Source: the human T2T-CHM13v2.0 reference genome, Homo sapiens. Taken from it: DNA of 64,000 nucleotides. Positions 12,585 through 26,749 of this stretch are shown here, in pieces. Numbering within the stretch: position 1 is the stretch's first letter; the number at the start of each line of letters is the position of its first letter. Below the pieces are notes generated by a model that ran no database searches, was not told where the DNA came from, and saw only the letters and a list, made by a program, of their open reading frames with translations. A program made the translations under genes and the position numbers. The stretch is from assembly GCF_009914755.1 (NCBI RefSeq), contig NC_060927.1. The stretch is one strand, 5' to 3'.

Positions 12585-14640
12585 ACTCTGTGAATGCCTG
12601 ACCTAAAGCACATCTTAGAGCATGTAGTTGATCAATATATCAGTACGTATTTTTAAAAATTATCTTCATTTGTGGGAAACTATTTTTATAGGTGAAGGTT
12701 TGACTTTGCACCACAAAAATGGTATCCACAACAATGACAACATGACTGAGGAAACACGTGCTGTTGTTCATGAAATAGATGCCTCCCTGAGTGGCTATAT
12801 TTGGTGCCAAGAGGGCACCAGAATCACCCATCAATATCAGTGTGCTCTCTTTAGAGGTGTGCTTAGCAGTCTCTTTTCTGACGGATTTTTTTTTTTGGTG
12901 GTAGGACCCAAGAAATTATATATGTTTAACATCTAAGCAAGATAATGTTACTATAACAGTTTAACACTACTACAAAAGAGCAAAATCAAACATAAAATAA
13001 TTTGTAATAACACTGTATTTAGTTGTCACAATAAGGATCGACCTATAGTTGATATGTTTCTTAAATTATACTTGTTTATACAAATACTAGCCTAACATTA
13101 GACAAATTCAATTAACTTTTACAGTGTCTTTTAGAAGACAGTCAAAGAAAGAGTTTATAAATCAAAATAAGAAACAAAAGATAATGGTGAAAAATCTTGA
13201 TAACCACCTTGATGGAAATAAACCTTATCATAGAGAACCAAAAATCAATTTATACTTGGTTTTCTAAGGACTGTACTTATGCTTACAAATAAATTTATAC
13301 ACTTATATTTACAATTTATTATGTTAACTATTATAAATTAATTTAAAATATGCAATATTTAATCAATATAATCAATATAAATTATATCATTAATATAAAG
13401 TATGCAATATTTAATCATATTTAATATACTAAAGATAACATCCATCATATTGGAAATATATGTTCTAAATTTGTGATATTACAATATATTTTAACATTAT
13501 GTTGTAAAATATTGAACTAATTACATTTACTCTCTTGAGAACTCACAACCCTTCACTCATACTATAAATGTCTAGTTGTTTCCTTTTTCCCCCACCGTTT
13601 ATCACTTCTATTTCCTTGTTCTATAAATGTCTGAAGAATGTATTTCCTAGACATTTATACAGAGTCATCTTACAGCCACACTTGTTTTTAAACACACTGC
13701 TTCACACTTTCTATGGGCCAGGTTAATGATTATTTTTGGTTTTAGATGCCATCTGTTAGAGCTTCTGCTGGACCAAAGATCCTGTTTATGTCAACAAATT
13801 ACTTAATTAAGCAAAGTAGGTGACAACAAGCATGAGTTTTTGAAAATGATGCGGATGTTCATAAACACTATATAATTCAATATTATTCTTTATTTGAATG
13901 AGGATAGAAGTGCCTGAGGTGCAGATAAGAGGATACCAGCAAGGTCCCCCCACAAAAGTGGGAAAGAAAATGGTCTAGTATCCAGGTTGAAGGACTAACT
14001 GTAGGTCAAAGGATGGACACTCTTTTCCTCTGCCATTAGAAGAAAAGAGATTCTTCTGTAGATGAACCAAAGTCTTGCATGAGCAAGCACTCACTGAGTC
14101 TTTCCTGTGCACCAAGTACAGCATTGCCTATTATGTGACAGGCCACTGAGATAAAAGGTGCCTCAGTGTTCCTGTGCAGCTACCTCATGGATTCTCTAAA
14201 TCCACATTCACTGGACACTGGACTTGACTTAAGGCCACTCTGCCTTACTCCCAGGACACTGTTTCTCATGTAATACAAGACTCCATGATATCCTTGCATA
14301 TTCAATAAGGACAAGATTCCAAGTTAGAGCACTTTTCACATGCCTCTTTAAAAATCTTATTTTTGTAACAGGATGTCCACAAAATATAATTTCATCTTAA
14401 TTGAGAAAATTTTCTAATTCTGACAGCTTTTCAAATAATATTTCTTGTAAATTCACAGGTCCTTTGGAATTTCTATAATTCCTATTCTATAATGTTACTA
14501 TAGAAAACTCTTGGATTTACTACAATTCTAATAATAATAAAATAATAGACTTTAACAACATTATTATCAATTGTTAAGCCTGACTATTCACAAAAATCAT
14601 GCATTCTGTTTAATAGAGGACTCCTCTTGGTTCAAAACTA

Positions 14641-17303
14641 ACTTCTTGGTTTGCTGTATTCCTAGTTATTTCATTTTCTTTTTTGCTATTGTAAGTAGGA
14701 TTGTGTTCTTGAGTTCACTCTCAGCCTAGCTATTGTTGGTGTATAGAAATGCTACTGATTTTTGTACATTGATTTTGTGTCCTGAAACATTACTAAAGCA
14801 GTCTATCAATTCTAGGAGACTTCTGGTAGTCTTTAGGATTTTCTAGGCATGGAATCATATAGTCAGAAAAGAGAAATAGTTTGACTTCTTCTTTTCCTAT
14901 GTAGATGTTTTTTTATTTCTTTCTCCTGACCGACTGCTCTGCCTGGGACTTCTGGTATTGTGTTGAATAGGAGTGGTAAGAGTGGGCATCTGTATTAGTC
15001 CATTCTCATGCTGCTATGAAGAAATACCTGAAACTGGGTAATTTATAAAGGAAATAGGTTTAGTTAACTCACAGTTTTGCATGGCTAGGGGGAGCCTCAG
15101 GAAACTTACAATCATGGTGGAAGGCATTTCTTCACAGGGTGGCAGGAGAGAGAGTAAATGCAAGCAGGGGAAATACCAGATGCTTATAAAACCATCAGAT
15201 TTCTTAAGAACTCTCTCACTATCACAAGAACAACATGGGGGAAACTGCTCCCATGATTTAATTACCTCTACCTGGTCCTGCCCTTGACATGTGGGGATTA
15301 TTACAATTCAAGGTGAGATCTGGGTGGGGACACAGAGCCAAACCATATCAGCATCCTAATCTGGCTCCAGTTGTCAATAGGAATAGTTTGAGGTTCTGCC
15401 TATTTAGTATGATGTTGGCTGTGGGTCTGTCATAAATGGCTATTATTTTGAGGTATGTTCCTTTGATGGTTTTAACAGGAAGGGACGTTGGATTTTATCA
15501 AAAGCTTTTCTCCATCTATTGAGGTGATCATGTGGTTTTCACTTTTGATTCTGTTTATGTGATGATTCACATTTATTGATGTGTATATGTTAAAATAGCT
15601 TTGCATCCCAGTAGTAGAATCTAGTTGATTGCGATTGATTAACACTTTGATGTGCTGCTGGACTCCATTTGCTAGGAATTTTACATCTATGTTCATGAAG
15701 GATATTGGACTGAAGTTTTATTTCTTCGTTTTGTCTCTACCAGATTTGGTATCAGACTAATGCTGGCTTTATAAAATGAGTTGGGAAAGAGCTCTTCCTC
15801 CTCAAATTTTTGGAATAGTTTCTGTGGGATTAACAGTTTTTGTGCATCTGGTAGGATTCAGGTTTGAATCCATCTGGTCCAGGGCTATTTTCGATTGGCA
15901 GATTCATTATTATTGATTCAATATCCAAAGTTGATACTGGTCTATTCAGGATTTCAATCTCTTCCTGATTCAATCTTGGGAGAATATGTGCTTCTAAGAA
16001 TTTATCCATTTACTCTAGTTTTTCTAATTTGTGTGCATAGAGTTGATCATAGTATTTTCTGAGGATCTTTTGTATTTCTGTGGGATCAGCTGTAATATTA
16101 CCTTTTTCATTTCTGATTGTGCTCATTTGGATCTTCTCTTTATTTTTCTTTGTTAATCTAGCTAGGGGTCTATCAATCTTATTTATGTTTTCAAAAAACC
16201 AACTCTTGGTTTCATTGATTTTTGTATGAATTTTCGAATGTCAATTTCATTAAGTTCCTCTCTAATTTTAGTTATTTCTTTTCTTTTGCTAGTTTTGGGG
16301 TTGATTTGTTCCTTTTTTCCTAGTTCCTTTAGGTGCAAAGTTAACTTGAGGGCTTTCTAATGTGTTGATGAAGGCATTTAAGGCTACAAACATTCCTCTT
16401 AACATTGCTTTGGCTGTATTCCAGAGATTTTGGCAAGATGTCTCCCATTTTCATTAACTGCAAAGATTTTTTTATTTCAAGGGTAAGTTTTTTAATTTCT
16501 ATGTATTGGTGCAGTTTGGAGAGATCTTCTTGATATTGGTTTCTATTTTCATTGTCCTATGGTCTGAAAACATGCTACTATAATTTCAATTTTTTTTAAT
16601 GTATTGAGGCTCGCTTTATGGCTGAGCATGTGGTCAATCTCAAAATATGTTCTGTGTGTAGATGAGAAGAATATTCTGTGGTTATTCAGCATAATGTTCT
16701 GTAGATTTCTATTTGGTCCATTTGGTCAAATGTCGAGTTTAGGTCTAGAGTTTCTTTGTTAGATTTTTCCCTCGATGATCTAACAGTCAATTGGGTATGA
16801 AGTCTCCCTCTACTATTGTGTAGTTGTCTTAGTCTTTTCACAGGCCAAAAAGAAGTTGTTTTATGAATCTGGGTGCTCCAATTTTGGTGCATATAAATTT
16901 AGAATAGTTAAGGCTTCTTGTTGGATTGTACCCTTTATCATTGTGTAATGGCCTTCATTGTCCTTCTTAATTTTTATTGGTTTAAGGTATGTTTTATCTG
17001 ATATGAAAATAGCAACTCTTGCTCCCTCTTCCCCCCCATTTGCATGGTAGATCTTATTCCACCCTTTTAACTCTGACCCTATGGGTGTCGTTACCTACGA
17101 GATGGGTCTGTTGAAGACAACCTATGTTTGTGTCTTGTCTTTTTATCTAGCTGCCACTCTGTGTCTTTTAAGTGGGGTATTAAGTGCATTTACATTCAAG
17201 ATTAGTATAAGATGTATGATTTCGATCTGTCATCATGTTGTTAGCTGGCTGTTACGTAGACTTGATTGTGTAGTTTCTTCATAGTGCTTGTGGGCTATGT
17301 ATT
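14641..17303 (-). mobile_element. Inverted 5' segment of an L1PA15/16-like LINE-1 (inter-ORF spacer plus ORF2 endonuclease/RT part), interrupted by THE1
   Basis: Reverse complement gives the ORF2 start (ATGACAG at 17233), a decayed RT motif VKLFLFSDYMI (about 14851-14885) and ends in the KYLGIQLT-equivalent region at 14641. Many stops and frameshifts. Confidence 0.93.
14991..15350 (-). mobile_element. THE1C/D (ERVL-MaLR) solo LTR inserted into L1
   Basis: tgtattagtccattctcatgctgctatg...ggggacacagagccaaaccatatca; perfect 5-bp TSD GCATC at 14986-14990 and 15351-15355. Confidence 0.95.
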
Positions 17304-19040
17304 AAGTATAATATCTCCACAAGGAGAAAAAGAAAACACTGCTGAAAGAAATCAGAGATGAAACAAGTAAATGGAAAAATCATTCATGTTCATGGATTGG
17401 GAAAATCAATATTGTAAAAATGGCCATACTGTCCAAAGCAATTTAAAGATTCAATGCTATTGCTATCAAACTATCAATGACATTCTTCACATAACTAGAA
17501 GAAACTATTCTAAAACTCATATGGAATGAAAAAAGAGCTCAAATAGCCAAAGCAATCCTAAGCAAAAAGAACAAAGCCAGAGGCATCATGCTACCTGACT
17601 TTAAACTACACTACAAAGCCACTGTAAACAAAAAGCTTGGTACTGGTACAAAAACAGACACATAGATCAATGGAACAGGATAGAAAACTGAGAAATAAAG
17701 CTGCACACCTACAACTATCTGATCTTCAACAGCACCAGCAAAAACAAGCAGTGGGAAAAGGATCTCCTATTTAATACATCGTGCTGGGATAAATAACTAG
17801 CCATCTGCAGAACTTTGAAGCTGGACTTCATACTTTCATCATATACAAAAATTAGCTCAAAATGGGTTAATGATTTAAATGTAAGACTTGTAACTATAAA
17901 AATTCTGTAAGAAAAATTAGTAAATACTCTTCTTGACATTGGCCTTGGCAAATGATTTTTGGATAAGTCCCCAAAAGCGATCATAGCAAAAACAAAACAG
18001 ACAATTAGACCTAATTAAACTAAAGAGCTTATGTACAGCAAAATATCAACAGAGCAAACAAATAAGCTACATAGTAAAAGAAGACATTTGCAAACTATAC
18101 ATCTGACAAAGGCCTAATATGTAGAATCTACAGGGAACTGAAATCAACCAGCACAAAACAAATAACCTCATTAAAAATGGGCAAAGGACATAAACAGACA
18201 CTTCTCAAAAGGAGAAATATAAGCAGCCAACAAATATATGGAAATACATAAGGATTTGAAATATAAAAAATGTTTATTATCACTAATCATCAGAGAAATG
18301 CAAATCAAAACTACAATAAGATACCATCTCACAATAGTCATTAATGTTATTATTAAAAAGTCAAAAACCAACATGTGCAGGCCAGGCTGCACAAAAAAGG
18401 AAACGTTTATACATTGTTAATGGGAATGTAAATTGTAAATTAGTCCAGCTACTGTGGAAAGCAGTTTGAAGATTTCTCAAAGAACTTAAAACACAGCCAC
18501 CATTCAACCCAGCAATCCCATTACTGGGTATATCTCCAAAAGAAAATGAAACATTCTACCAAAAAGGCACACACACTTGTACGTTCATTGCTGCACTATT
18601 CACAATAGCAAAGACATGGAATCCACCCAGGTGCCCATCAGTGGTAGACTGGATAAAGAAAATGTGGTAAATACACACCATGGAATACAATTCAATCACA
18701 GAAAGGAATAAAATCACGTCTTTTGCAGCAACATTGATGGAGCTGGAGGCTATTTTCCTAAGAAAATCAACATGGGAACTGAAAATCAAATACTGCATGT
18801 TCTCACTTATAAGTGAAAGCTAAACACTGAGCCCACGTGAACATAAATATGAGAAAAATAGACACTGTGAGCTACTAAAGGGTGGGGGTATGGGTAAAAC
18901 AACTACCTCTTGGGTACTATGCTGGCTACTTAGGTGATGGGATCCATACTCCAAATACCAGTATCACACAATATTCCCATGTATAAAATCTGCACATGTA
19001 CCCTCTGTATCTAAAATAAAGTTGAAAGAAAGAAATAAAA
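17304..19040 (+). mobile_element. Sense 3' segment of the same L1PA15/16-like LINE-1 (ORF2 C-terminal part, 3'UTR, A-rich tail)
   Basis: atctccacaaggagaaaaagaaaacactgctgaaagaaatcagagatg... through ...ctgcacatgtaccctctgtatctaaaataaagttgaaa plus A-rich tail. Confidence 0.93.
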
Positions 19041-19455
19041 GTATAAAAGGCTTCTAAGTGTGACTTCTTTAAAAGGTTGACTGTGTTAAGTAATGCCTAA
19101 TTTAGCAAAATTGTCTGGTATGGACACATTTATGGCAATAAACCTGATCATAATAATTCCAAGGATACTTAAAATCCTGTAGATATGCTATGGGACCATT
19201 GGCCTAAGTAAATCCAGATAGTAATATATCATAGGATTCAACCTAAGCAGTTGCAAAAGCCAAATGTTGAGGTCCTGAATTATGAACAATGAGACTGCCA
19301 TTATTGAAAAGTTTAATGAAAATGGGTTGTATGTAAAGTTTGTAATAGAAAACAGGAAAGTGGTCTTGTACATAATTATTGTAAACTACTATTTTTATAA
19401 GCTAAACAGTAGGGAATAAAATCCCATACTGCTGCCAGTCTACTGTGTGGAATTT

Positions 19456-20460
<1,005 letters not shown>

Positions 20461-20613
20461 TAGAATTCTTAATACACATGGAATTCCTAATGACAGCCCT
20501 TAAGCCACTAAGAAATGGATTATGAGATAAGAAGGAAGAGAAAATAAATAGCTCTATTCCACCCTAATTACTTTTTCTTATTACTCCATAGCAAATTCCA
20601 GGACACTAGTATA

Positions 20614-20746
20614 TAGGATGATCATATATTTTAGTGTGTTTTGGACAGTCCTGGTTTATATCTATGATCCCATTGTAATTATTAATAAAGTTCATTTTCA
20701 TTGTCAGAAATACCTCAGTTGGAATAATAAATTATATGGTCACATA
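20614..20746. mobile_element. MER94-like hAT-Blackjack MITE
   Basis: 133 bp with degenerate TIRs taggatgatcatat...atatggtcacata and internal ggacagtcctggtttat...gtaattattaata. Confidence 0.75.
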
Positions 20747-21144
20747 CCCAATAAGCCACTGAAATTACTGAACTCCCTTCAGAGTATTCTGACGTTAAAA
20801 AAGAATGAATCACTTTGTTATATGTTGCTGTCGTTGCTATTATGTAATACCAAGTAAACAGCATTGGGTTGTTGCAGACAGAAATCAATAAAAAGCAATG
20901 CTATAAGCCTTCAAAAGAGGGAATAGAACCTCATTGTGGGAAGAGGACTTAGAAGTAAGTAGCATTTTATGTTCACTAAGACATAGTTGATTGTCCAGAC
21001 TCAATGGAAATACTGTGGCTTTGTTTTAATGTTTAACTAGTAAGTAAAATCCATATCTACAGAATCCATATGGACAAAAAGAGACTCACGCCATTGCCCT
21101 GATGCCTTTTGCCTCCACAACATAAAGGAATTGCTAGTTTTCAA

Positions 21145-21490
21145 CTATTCAATCAACAAACTTTTATTAAAAATTGATTATATTTCAGCTCCCTGCTTAA
21201 CTCTGTGGGATACAGAAGCAACCATGGTACTTGCCTATAAAAGTTCATATTTTAATTTGCAATTCAAGACCAAAACAATCACATACACATAGTGTATAAC
21301 CACAATGCAGTCACTCTTAGAAGTAATTTTAAGAAAATAGTTAGAATATTAAGAAAAAAGCTTTTGAAAATAAGGCTTGAATTTAGGCCTAAAGGATGCA
21401 AAGACTTCAAAAGATAAAGAGGAATCATGTAAGGGAAAGAATATCTGGTAATGAGCATAATTTCAGGAGTGGCTAAAATGAACTTAGTGT
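21145..21490 (-). mobile_element. L2 LINE fragment
   Basis: ttcaatcaacaaacttttattaaa...ctgtgggatacagaag, the reverse complement of the L2 3' end, followed by purine-rich L2 sequence. Confidence 0.6.
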
Positions 21491-24400
21491 TGAAAGGAAA
21501 TAAAAAATACCATTGTATAGACATGATGGAGCCGTGTTCTAGATACTTTAGATAATTTAGGTAAGTGTTTTAGCTTGACATAATACTGGTATCAATATTA
21601 AAAATCATCCAACAACAGTCGTCTCCACAGTAGTAAAGAGTTTGAGGTTTTTCTATACTGCACTCCAAGTCCTTGTCAAGATAATGAAAGACATTAGATA
21701 GGAAAAATATCCAGCACCTTGTTACTTTTAGTCCCAAACAACAGCTGTCGTGAACAACAACAAAAAATGTTATCCAATAAACCACGCATTAATTTGTGAT
21801 TAAAATATTTCAAAATGTCATTGGCTTCTTTGAATAACCAAAGAAAGATGTGTCCCGAGTCTGCACTCACTTTCATTTTTCTTACTCCAAACATCACGTA
21901 TCTAGCTAATAATTTCAGCATTCAGGTGCTTAGACATTTTCAAATATGCAAAGGTTATCACACTAATCCCTTGTCTTAAACTTCACTCACAGTTGCTTCC
22001 TTCAAGACTCACTTGTTCCATGAAGATATTCTCAAATAAAATTATCTGCCTCCAGTCATTAAAATCACTCAACTAAAATAGCCACCAACCCCTCCTCCCC
22101 AGATCTCTGAATAGTTAGTATTTTCTAGATAGTAGTAATTAATTGATGGTAGGCATGTTTTAGTCATGTGAGTCTGAGTCTGTGTTCTGTTTCCTCTTTT
22201 AGACTGTGATCACTGCAAGGGCAGGAAACTATCTTCTATTTTCTTTCACTACCATCATTATGTATTATTATTTAGCATTTAATAAGAAACAATAGTTTAT
22301 TGTAGAAGAGTACGAATCAGTTTCTCACAGCTGAAAGCAAATAATGGCCACAAAAAAATAGAAGCATTAGTACTAGCCAAAGAGATTAAAAATAATAAGA
22401 AAACTAAGTATATGTAAAATTGTTGAATCAAAAAGAGAGTAAGAGAAAACAGACTTTAAATAAATGGGGCAGGCATGAAATCAATGACTACTCAACAATG
22501 GCTAAAATTCTGAATTAGGTTTTTTTTTTTTTTTTTTTTTTTAGTGGTACACCAAAGAAAGTAGACAATTAGTAAGTAATGAAGACTGCTAAAATAGCTA
22601 CTGATGAAAGGCTGGTAAGAAAACACTTGGAACTGAACATTTACAAATTAGGAGTCCCCTGCTAGAATTACTCAACACTCTACAATGGGATAAACCAGGG
22701 AGAATAATTGGATGGATTTTTGGAAAGTGAAACTTGAGGGGAAAGGGAAAGCAGAATTCTATAGCATTTTTGAAACAGAATTATGGAGCTAGTCTACCAA
22801 AGACATCGTCAATGAGTTCTGGCCCTATGTAAAATTATTACATCAGCAAAAATCATGTCCAAGACCCTCTATAACTTCTTTCCACAGCCATCCTTTCTCC
22901 ATGGCTGCTTTTTCCTGACGCAGCACCTGACCAGTGCTTCTCTGCTGTCCTGGCTCACTGGGCCACCAATTCTATCTTCTCTTCCAGACTTACAGTTCTT
23001 TTCCCTTATCTCTACTTTCTGCTAAAGTAATAGCTAGGTATTCTGTTACATTAATCCATGAAAGGTAACCTAGTTTAATTCAATACTTTTTATTTCATGG
23101 CTACCACATGTCAGGCACAGTAGAAAATGTGGAGCTGAATATGACAGAAACACAGTCACCTCAGCATGTACAGCTGGACAGAAGATGTTCTCACACTTAG
23201 CTTAGGCCTTTCAGAACATGCTTTAAATTCTTCTCTGGCCACAATTCAAGACTTTTGTTACAGACTACCCACACTTTCCCAAATGGTTACTTTTAAATAG
23301 CCTGACCTGGTGAGTGCAGTGGGGTTTTGTGTTTGTTTTGCATTTGTTTGTTTTGTGTGGCAAGATGTGGTACTCACATCTCAGCTTTCATCTATTGTCT
23401 TTTCTTTATGCTTTGCTTTTCACAATCTCCCTAAATGCTCCCTTGTTTGCTTATCTTTGCATGGCACTCCCACTGTCTATTTTGTTGTTGTTGTCGTCGT
23501 CATTGGTTTTTTTTTTTTAATCATCTGTAATTATGTTGTGATTCTGGATAAAAGCGCAATGACAGTTATATGAGTTTTTTGGACATACATTTTAAATGAC
23601 CAACACCAGGTGCTATGACACCCACTTGGCACAACAGGATTTCTCTAGGAAAAAGTCCAAGACTATTCATATATGACAAAAAGAAGGTTTGAATATGAAA
23701 GATGAACACGATATCAAAGTGAATATTTAAGAAGGAAGCATTGCAGGACAAAGTTAGGAAAACAGCTAAAATTGAATGACAGTTTTAAGTGGGAAAAATT
23801 TGAATAGTAGTGTAATAGATACAAAACTCTTCTAGAACTGGAAGCAGCATCATGAGGCTATGTTTGAAGACTTTTGGGGGATATCCTTTGAATTTGGGAA
23901 ATCTTATCTCCAAAGTGAAAGATAATTCTTCAGAAAAAACAAAATGCTTAATTATTTTCTACTTCAAAGCAGCTGATATATATGTATTATGTTTCAAATG
24001 ACAATTTCAATCTATAAGGCAATCAACCAAGCAAAAGGTTGTACTATATTTCAGCACTATGGGCGAGATACATAGAAAAATATTCAAAAACTATGGTCCC
24101 TTCTCTCCAGTAATTTACATATATTCAACAATCTTTTGCTGTGGCAAGACCAATGCACAAATAATTCACAGTAAAATAGTATGGACTATATATACTATAG
24201 ATGCATGAGAATAGATAAGCCAAGTTCCATTAATATAATTTTTATTAAATATTTGTAAAATGGGTAAATGAACAAATACATAAATGAGCAGATTAGGGTG
24301 ACTGGGTTCAGTCTTGAGTGATGGTTAGAGTTTGATGAAGTAGAGCTGGCGGGGGTTGTTTTATATGTACAAGAATTTACCAGAGCAGAGGCCATGAGCA

Positions 24401-25699
24401 GGTACAAGAACAGGGGAAAGAGATTGTGTTTTTAAGAGGTCAACATAATAGAAGAAGCTCAAATGAGAAAAAGGTCTCAAGGCATAAAGAACACATGTAC
24501 ATTTCTTATAATTATATAATCTTTAAAAAAGAAATCTGGAATATAAATTTACATTATTATAGTAATAATTGAATTATTCCAGGGTCATATTTCACAAGCT
24601 TAATGACTTGAGTACCCAGAATAATACAGCAGGAAAAATAATATGACTATGACTAACTTTATCCCAGTCATATTTTATTGGATATTAATTTTTATTCATT
24701 CACTTTTTGATCCCACATTCTCTGCTATCACTCCTTTCCCCTCCCTTTTTCTCCCTTTAGTCTCAGCAACCTTTATCTCTTGGGTATTGCTTGGTTCACC
24801 TCTAAGTTTGTCTCTGAACTCTAAGCTATTAATTACCACATACCTTATCTGCTAAGGCTTTCTGGACTCATTCTTCTCTGATCTTCATGTCTTTCACTTA
24901 TTTATGGCCAAAATGTACAGCTTCAATAGTACTACCACATAACATGTATGCAGAATGCTAGCCTAGGGAGTAGGCAGGTGTTCCACCTTTATTGGGTACC
25001 CTGAACTGTGTGTTTGTTGGTTCTTTCCTTCTGCCATTATAATGAAGTCTTAAAATGCTATTTGACTTACACGTTGTTGGTGATACTCTAGAAACTGCCC
25101 ATGATTCCTCAAAGCCACATACTGTTAATAAAAGGGATAAACACTGAAAGAGGTACTGCAGGGTTATGTGTATCTTCATTAACATCTGCTTCATCCACAG
25201 CTTACATAACAATCACATTACCCATCCATCCAGAATCTTTTTACATGCCCAATCTTTCCATTTTTGGATGTAATAAAATTATTTTAATTTACTTCTTGAT
25301 AAGTAAAGGTGCATGGTACTTTAGAAAAGGAACAGAAGTTAGCATCAGAAAACTCACACTTGAATTTTACCCTCCACTATTTTATGAAACTAGGTACTTC
25401 ATTCAAACAATCTTACCCTCCAAGTTAACATATGTAAACCTATTAGAAAAAAAATTCCTGCATTTCTATCTCATAGGCAATTGTAATGCCAAATGAAAGA
25501 AGGGAAAATGCTCAGAACATTCAAAATTTTTAAAAATGTTATTTGTATTTATTTCAAGCTTTGACAATTGTGGCCTAATTTTTAGTCTGTCCTCATTAGC
25601 CTTCTTATTTTGTAGATGTTCTTTTTAAAAAAAAAAAAGGATGCATAACCAAACAGATTTCAATGCCCAGAACACATACCAGATATTCAATTAATATTA

Positions 25700-26190
25700 G
25701 TTGGGAAATGGATTAAATATTCCATATTATGATATATCATTTAATTCAGGGTTAATGTTTCTGTGTGTTTATTTTCAATTCCCATCTTGATTTGTCAATA
25801 TATACAAAGGTTATGTCAAAGAGTAGTCTATAAAAACTGCCTGTAACTTTTATGGTACTAATGGATAACTCAGCTTATTTATTGATAAGTATAGACTGTA
25901 TTTTTTTTCCTAAGTAAATTACCTTTCAATGCCCACATTGAATATCATCTACCACTTTTCTGCCCACTCACACAGGCTGGCAAGTTCTCCCTGCAGTTTA
26001 TCTCCATCTGCTTGGCATTTCACTACCTGGAAGAGCTTAGTGTCATCTGCAAACTTGCGTAATTCACCATGCATTCCCTCTTCCAAATCATTTATGAAAA
26101 TGTTAAATAAGACAGGTTCCAGGGCCAGTCTCTAAGAAACCAAACTGTTTTCACTTTTCCCTTCAGAGGCACTCTCATTTATCTCTACGT
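25700..26190 (-). mobile_element. CR1/L3-type LINE ORF2 reverse-transcriptase relic
   Basis: Minus-strand translation [83 protein letters not shown] matches CR1 RT ([21 protein letters not shown]...KFADDTKL...WQMKFNV). Downstream LGKKN and GIENK-like remnants. Confidence 0.92.
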
Positions 26191-26749
26191 TGTGTTTTTC
26201 CTTTCCTCTGTTACAATAAGCTTTGTATAATCACTATACATATATATATATACACATTTCTTCTGGGAACTAAAGCCACTAGAGGTTTGGGGATACAAAA
26301 TTATCCAAAATGCATTTCTTCCATAAAACTCAGGTACACTGGAGGCCAGGCAACTTGGGTAGCAATAAGGAAGCTGAACACATAGAAATTCTGGGCCCTT
26401 CAGACTCGATCTTCCAAAAAAGCATGTTTTTATCTGTTTTATACATTGAGACATCAATTTCTGGGGGAAAAATCTATAAAAAATTATAGCTTTAAAACCA
26501 CTAGTCCCTGAGAAAAGCTGTGAAATCAGGATCCCAAGATTTGTGCTTTGCTGTATACTCATCTATGTACCACCAGTGTATTCTTAGCCTTGCTGAGAAT
26601 CTGGTTCCTGAACTGTAAAGCAGAAAAAATGGCCTCTGCCATATCTCCACACATCTCTTGCAGGAGTTGTGAGACTGAAGTGATATAATGTATTTAAAAG
26701 CTGATTGTAGCATTTATTAAGAGTAAGGCTATAAAGATGGATATAGCAG

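Noticed and set aside
13300-13520. Extremely AT-rich stretch with repeated TATGCAATATTTAATCA
   Set aside because: Low-complexity sequence; no further structure supportable.
21520-21566. Possible small plus-strand exon ending TAG|GTAAGT at 21560
   Set aside because: Weak acceptor and no supporting frame or partner exon.
21729-21743. 15-bp match TAGTCCCAAACAACA shared with about 28704-28718
   Set aside because: Flanks do not align; a single 15-mer match in 64 kb of biased sequence can arise by chance.
22519-22542. Isolated T24 tract as an orphan retro-insertion
   Set aside because: No identifiable TSD or retroposed body; simple slippage suffices.
25101-25496. 131-aa ORF
   Set aside because: No domain similarity or splice context; composition typical of AT-rich non-coding DNA.
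25929-26135. 68-aa plus-strand ORF
   Set aside because: Antisense shadow of the CR1 RT relic.
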